Below are positions 60,740 through 64,000 of a stretch of DNA of 64,000 nucleotides, in pieces. The notes under the pieces were generated by a model. The model was not told the DNA's origin and searched no databases. It worked only from the letters and a program-made list of their open reading frames with translations. Source of the stretch: Gonapodya sp. JEL0774 (lineage: Eukaryota); NCBI GenBank assembly GCA_027604505.1, contig JADIIX010000101.1:1-64000 (forward strand), read 5' to 3'. The translations under genes and the position numbers were made by a program. Within the stretch, counting starts at the first letter, position 1. The number at the start of each line of letters is the position of its first letter.

Positions 60740-63700
60740 CTACTTTTCCCCACTCCCAGACCCTGGTCCCCTCAACAGGCCCAATAAGTCTCCCGAAATA
60801 GTTTGAGCCTTCCTCGTATCCTCACTTGCTGTCTGTGTGTACCCTCCCTCTAAGCCACTCGGGCTGCTCGGGCTGTTAAACTTCCCGAACCCGTTCCCAC
60901 TCTTACTACCCACGGCACCTCCACTCAGCAGATCCTGGAGTAGCGTAGCGCCGGCATCGGTGGAGGTCTGCGCAGATCCAATGGCTGGGGTAGCACCTGT
61001 GGCGGCTCGCTCCAATACCTCGCTGCGCGACTGTCTGTTTCCAATACCAGACGCACCGGACCCAAACAATGCTAGGACGTTTGGAGAATGCGTTCTCGGG
61101 GTCGCGCCAACCCCAAAAGAAGTCTGAGCTGTCCCCGCGGCACCTAACCCGAACATACCCTCCAGAGCTCCAGGCTTTGGCGCCGTCCCCCTTCCCAGAA
61201 CCGGAAAACCTGCAGATACCGATCCGGTTCCGATTGAAACTCCCCCTGTTTTGGAGTTGGACGCGTCCTTCTTGGAAAAAAGGTCCAACAAGGCGGCCCC
61301 GCCAGTTGCGGGCCTGGTCAGACGCTGTTGAGACTGAATCGGCTGCGGTTGCTCTGACAATGGTCCCACGAACGGTGGTGAAGTTAGATCAGCTGTGGGA
61401 GTAGGTGTGGGGTGGCGCGAACCGAGCAGTGCAAGTGGTGACATTGGTGGATTTGGTGGGAGATGTGGTTGCACCGTTGGCGTGGTCCCCACGTCCGGAC
61501 TTCTGCTCTTCTTCTGTGCATTTAATAGCATTGCCATGAGTGGGGTCGGAGAGGGTGCGGGTGCCAGTTCTGGTGTATGTTTCAATGTTTGCAATGTTTG
61601 GGACATCGAGGTGGCATGTGGCGACCCCATCGAAATCATGGGCTGCGAGGACAATGCCGTTGCTACTTGTGTCGTTGTGACTGGACTCGCGTTCGGAGAT
61701 GGACGTTGATCCGTTGTCTTCACATCTTGTTCGGGTTCACCGACATCACTCGATCGCTGGATTAACGGCGAGGACACTGGGCCCCCGGTTGCCTCGGACT
61801 CAACTGTATGCCTCACATCTTTTTGCTCATCCAATGCATCGATCACCACTTCCCCATAATCAGTCATAGTAGTGTCGGTTTCCACGCGCTGTTCCTCATT
61901 TATTTCCTGTCCCTCAGCATTCACGTTTTCAACCTCAAGAGTCGCTTCGTCTGCTCGATGTCCATCATGCGCAGATTCCGTCAATACCACTGATGCCTGA
62001 TCCGTGCCATCATCTGGTCCAGCTACTGCAAAGCGATCCAACAACACCACATGGTCAGCATCAATTTCTACGGCAAGGGAGCTGGCAACCACGCTGGCAT
62101 CATCGGGAAACCGCATGGCCTCTCCTTCTCTTTCCGCTTCTGCTTCATCCGCAGTAGCGTCACTACCTTGCTGTATCTCATCGTCTTCCACACCGGCAAC
62201 CAACTTTTCCACTTCCGTCATTCCATCAACTGCACTCGTTGCCGCGTGCGCAGTTTCCCCCGCATCCAAGTCAGCCTCCACTGGTTGTACTAACTCCCCT
62301 GCAAACATGATCAAAGGCTCTCCGTCGTCCTGGGCACCAATTTCTTCAGTTGTTTCCTTTTGGAGAGTATGCTCAACAACATCCTCAGCAGGCCATAACG
62401 GTTCGGGCATCACTACGTCACCGTCATAACTCCCTTTGACCAGCGGGGTAAGTGAGTTTGAAGCAACAGGCACTTCTTCGGCATCCGCAAAGTTGTCCTC
62501 GACGGGCTGAGATTCAGTCGCGGGGTTCATCTCACTACTGGGTCCCCGCATCAACAAACCCAACAGATCCTGTCTCATACCATCTCGTTCCTCCCCCACC
62601 GCTTTCAACACAGCCCGTCCCTTCCCCTTGCCAGTACTGGTACCACCGCTGCCGAAAGCGGATAGAAACGGTACAAGCGGGGGAGCGGGTGGTGCGGTGA
62701 TCGCGGCGCGAGGACCTAGGAGGGCCGTCAAAACAGACTCGGCAGCAGCGGAAGTGGGATGCCGAGGTTTGTGCTTGACTGCTGGAGCGGTTGGTGGGGC
62801 CTTGGTGACAGGGTTGGACGGTGCTAGAGAGTCACTGTTAAGTTTTTGGCCCGCAGATGCTATGGCTGGTGACGGTTGGTGCTCGACAAAATCATAAGGC
62901 ACAAGTGCGCGACGAAGGTGTGGGTGACGTGCTGCACGGGGTTGGAGTGGCATCTTTCGGACATCGGTGGCAGGTGACAATCGCACAGGACGAGCGGGAC
63001 TAGTCGCGTACGAGAAATCATCCGGGGTTTTCACCTCCCTCGAGCTACGTTCATCAGTCGTCCCGACATTCTCATTTTGTGTTGGTCGCAATGCTGAGCT
63101 AGATTCGACCTCAACCTTCGCAGCCGCTCGGAGCATCGCCAATAGATCTTTGGCTCTGTCGCGTTCTCCGTGGTCGGCACCTTTGGGCTCTGAAGGCCGC
63201 TCTTGTGCTGCAGCCGATGACTTTGAATTTGTACCGTTTCCGAGCCCCAACATTGCCATTAAGCGCTTTCCCGCGGCATCGGCATCAACAGCCGTGGCTG
63301 TCGGTGTGGCGTAGGAGGGCTGAATGATATTCGATTGACCGCCCGATGCCACATTTGAAACATGTGTTGTGTGCATATGCTTAGGAGCTGTCGGTTGTGG
63401 TAGATTTGAAGATCCGGTGCTGATACCAAGTCTTGCTTTAAGTGCTGCCAGTGAGTCAATAGGAATCAGGGAGGGAACGGGAACTGGAGCGTTGGACGCA
63501 TCGCCGAAAACAGTCGACGATGAGTGGTGCTGAGCCAAAACTCCCTGGACAGATACATCTACCGGCTCCTCGGCAGGCACTGATGACGGGCGCTTGATCT
63601 TCTCGCGTGTTGCGCTTGCGCTTGTCCTCGACTTGCCGTCGTGCAAATCTCTCGCTGCTGCCACTTTGCCCTTGCTGGGCTTTCCCTCGGCCGACCCCCT

Positions 63701-64000
63701 GCTGACTGCACCGCTCGATCTGGCTGGTGATACAGATGCTTTCCGGGCTGCAACAGCAGCAGCGATTCTGTTGGCCACGGGAGCTCTCGGAAGGTCAGAA
63801 TCGTCCTCTGAGGGTTGGGTAGAAGCGACTGGGGCGACGTTACGGCGTGCGGGACGACGCCGGGTGGTGGCATTGGGAGCAACACTGCCTCGCTCTGTTC
63901 TCTCGTCATCACTGGCTGATCCTGGGGTCTCTGCGCCCGGTGCAGCTGGATGTCGGTATGCCGGCGGTTGTAAGTGTGAATGAACGTGCCGGGTTGGGCT
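60740..64000 (-). CDS. Large disordered protein tail with repeated helical leucine motifs, possibly the Dcp2 C-terminus (5' part outside the window)
   Basis: Frame open for more than 1000 codons to the window edge. About 10 short motifs such as RLMAMLG, DLLAMLR, VLTALLG, DLLGLLM, ALLDLFS, LLQDLLS and terminal DLLGLLRG. Confidence 0.6.
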   Translation of the reverse strand, partial: SPTRHVHSHLQPPAYRHPAAPGAETPGSASDDERTERGSVAPNATTRRRPARRNVAPVASTQPSEDDSDLPRAPVANRIAAAVAARKASVSPARSSGAVSRGSAEGKPSKGKVAAARDLHDGKSRTSASATREKIKRPSSVPAEEPVDVSVQGVLAQHHSSSTVFGDASNAPVPVPSLIPIDSLAALKARLGISTGSSNLPQPTAPKHMHTTHVSNVASGGQSNIIQPSYATPTATAVDADAAGKRLMAMLGLGNGTNSKSSAAAQERPSEPKGADHGERDRAKDLLAMLRAAAKVEVESSSALRPTQNENVGTTDERSSREVKTPDDFSYATSPARPVRLSPATDVRKMPLQPRAARHPHLRRALVPYDFVEHQPSPAIASAGQKLNSDSLAPSNPVTKAPPTAPAVKHKPRHPTSAAAESVLTALLGPRAAITAPPAPPLVPFLSAFGSGGTSTGKGKGRAVLKAVGEERDGMRQDLLGLLMRGPSSEMNPATESQPVEDNFADAEEVPVASNSLTPLVKGSYDGDVVMPEPLWPAEDVVEHTLQKETTEEIGAQDDGEPLIMFAGELVQPVEADLDAGETAHAATSAVDGMTEVEKLVAGVEDDEIQQGSDATADEAEAEREGEAMRFPDDASVVASSLAVEIDADHVVLLDRFAVAGPDDGTDQASVVLTESAHDGHRADEATLEVENVNAEGQEINEEQRVETDTTMTDYGEVVIDALDEQKDVRHTVESEATGGPVSSPLIQRSSDVGEPEQDVKTTDQRPSPNASPVTTTQVATALSSQPMISMGSPHATSMSQTLQTLKHTPELAPAPSPTPLMAMLLNAQKKSRSPDVGTTPTVQPHLPPNPPMSPLALLGSRHPTPTPTADLTSPPFVGPLSEQPQPIQSQQRLTRPATGGAALLDLFSKKDASNSKTGGVSIGTGSVSAGFPVLGRGTAPKPGALEGMFGLGAAGTAQTSFGVGATPRTHSPNVLALFGSGASGIGNRQSRSEVLERAATGATPAIGSAQTSTDAGATLLQDLLSGGAVGSKSGNGFGKFNSPSSPSGLEGGYTQTASEDTRKAQTISGDLLGLLRGPGSGSGEK

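Overview
Gene-dense, intron-rich eukaryotic DNA with short GT-AG introns of mostly 55-120 nt. Gene content is fungal (Zn2Cys6 factor, Boi/Pob1-like, Erg12, IDO, TauD, APC permeases) mixed with animal-type genes (PSTK, LST2/ZFYVE28-like, RNF34/RFFL-like, La with a second RRM), which points to an early-diverging zoosporic fungus (inference). I spliced about 24 protein-coding genes by hand. Best findings: (1) an 8-exon gene apparently fusing a catalytically degenerate CYTH/TTM3-like triphosphate-tunnel domain to a MetR/ATF4-like bZIP, with a stop-containing 66-nt intron at the junction; (2) a 2-nt micro-exon conserved in two paralogous permease genes; (3) a PSTK gene, i.e. selenocysteine machinery in a fungus; (4) a Crinkler-like Ubl + PD-(D/E)xK nuclease with a mitochondrial-type presequence; (5) introns with G-rich 5' and C-rich 3' halves. 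There are two N-gaps and a probable chimeric join near 1.74-1.82 kb. No tRNA, rRNA, CRISPR or transposase was recognised. All family calls are motif recognition by eye, not database searches.
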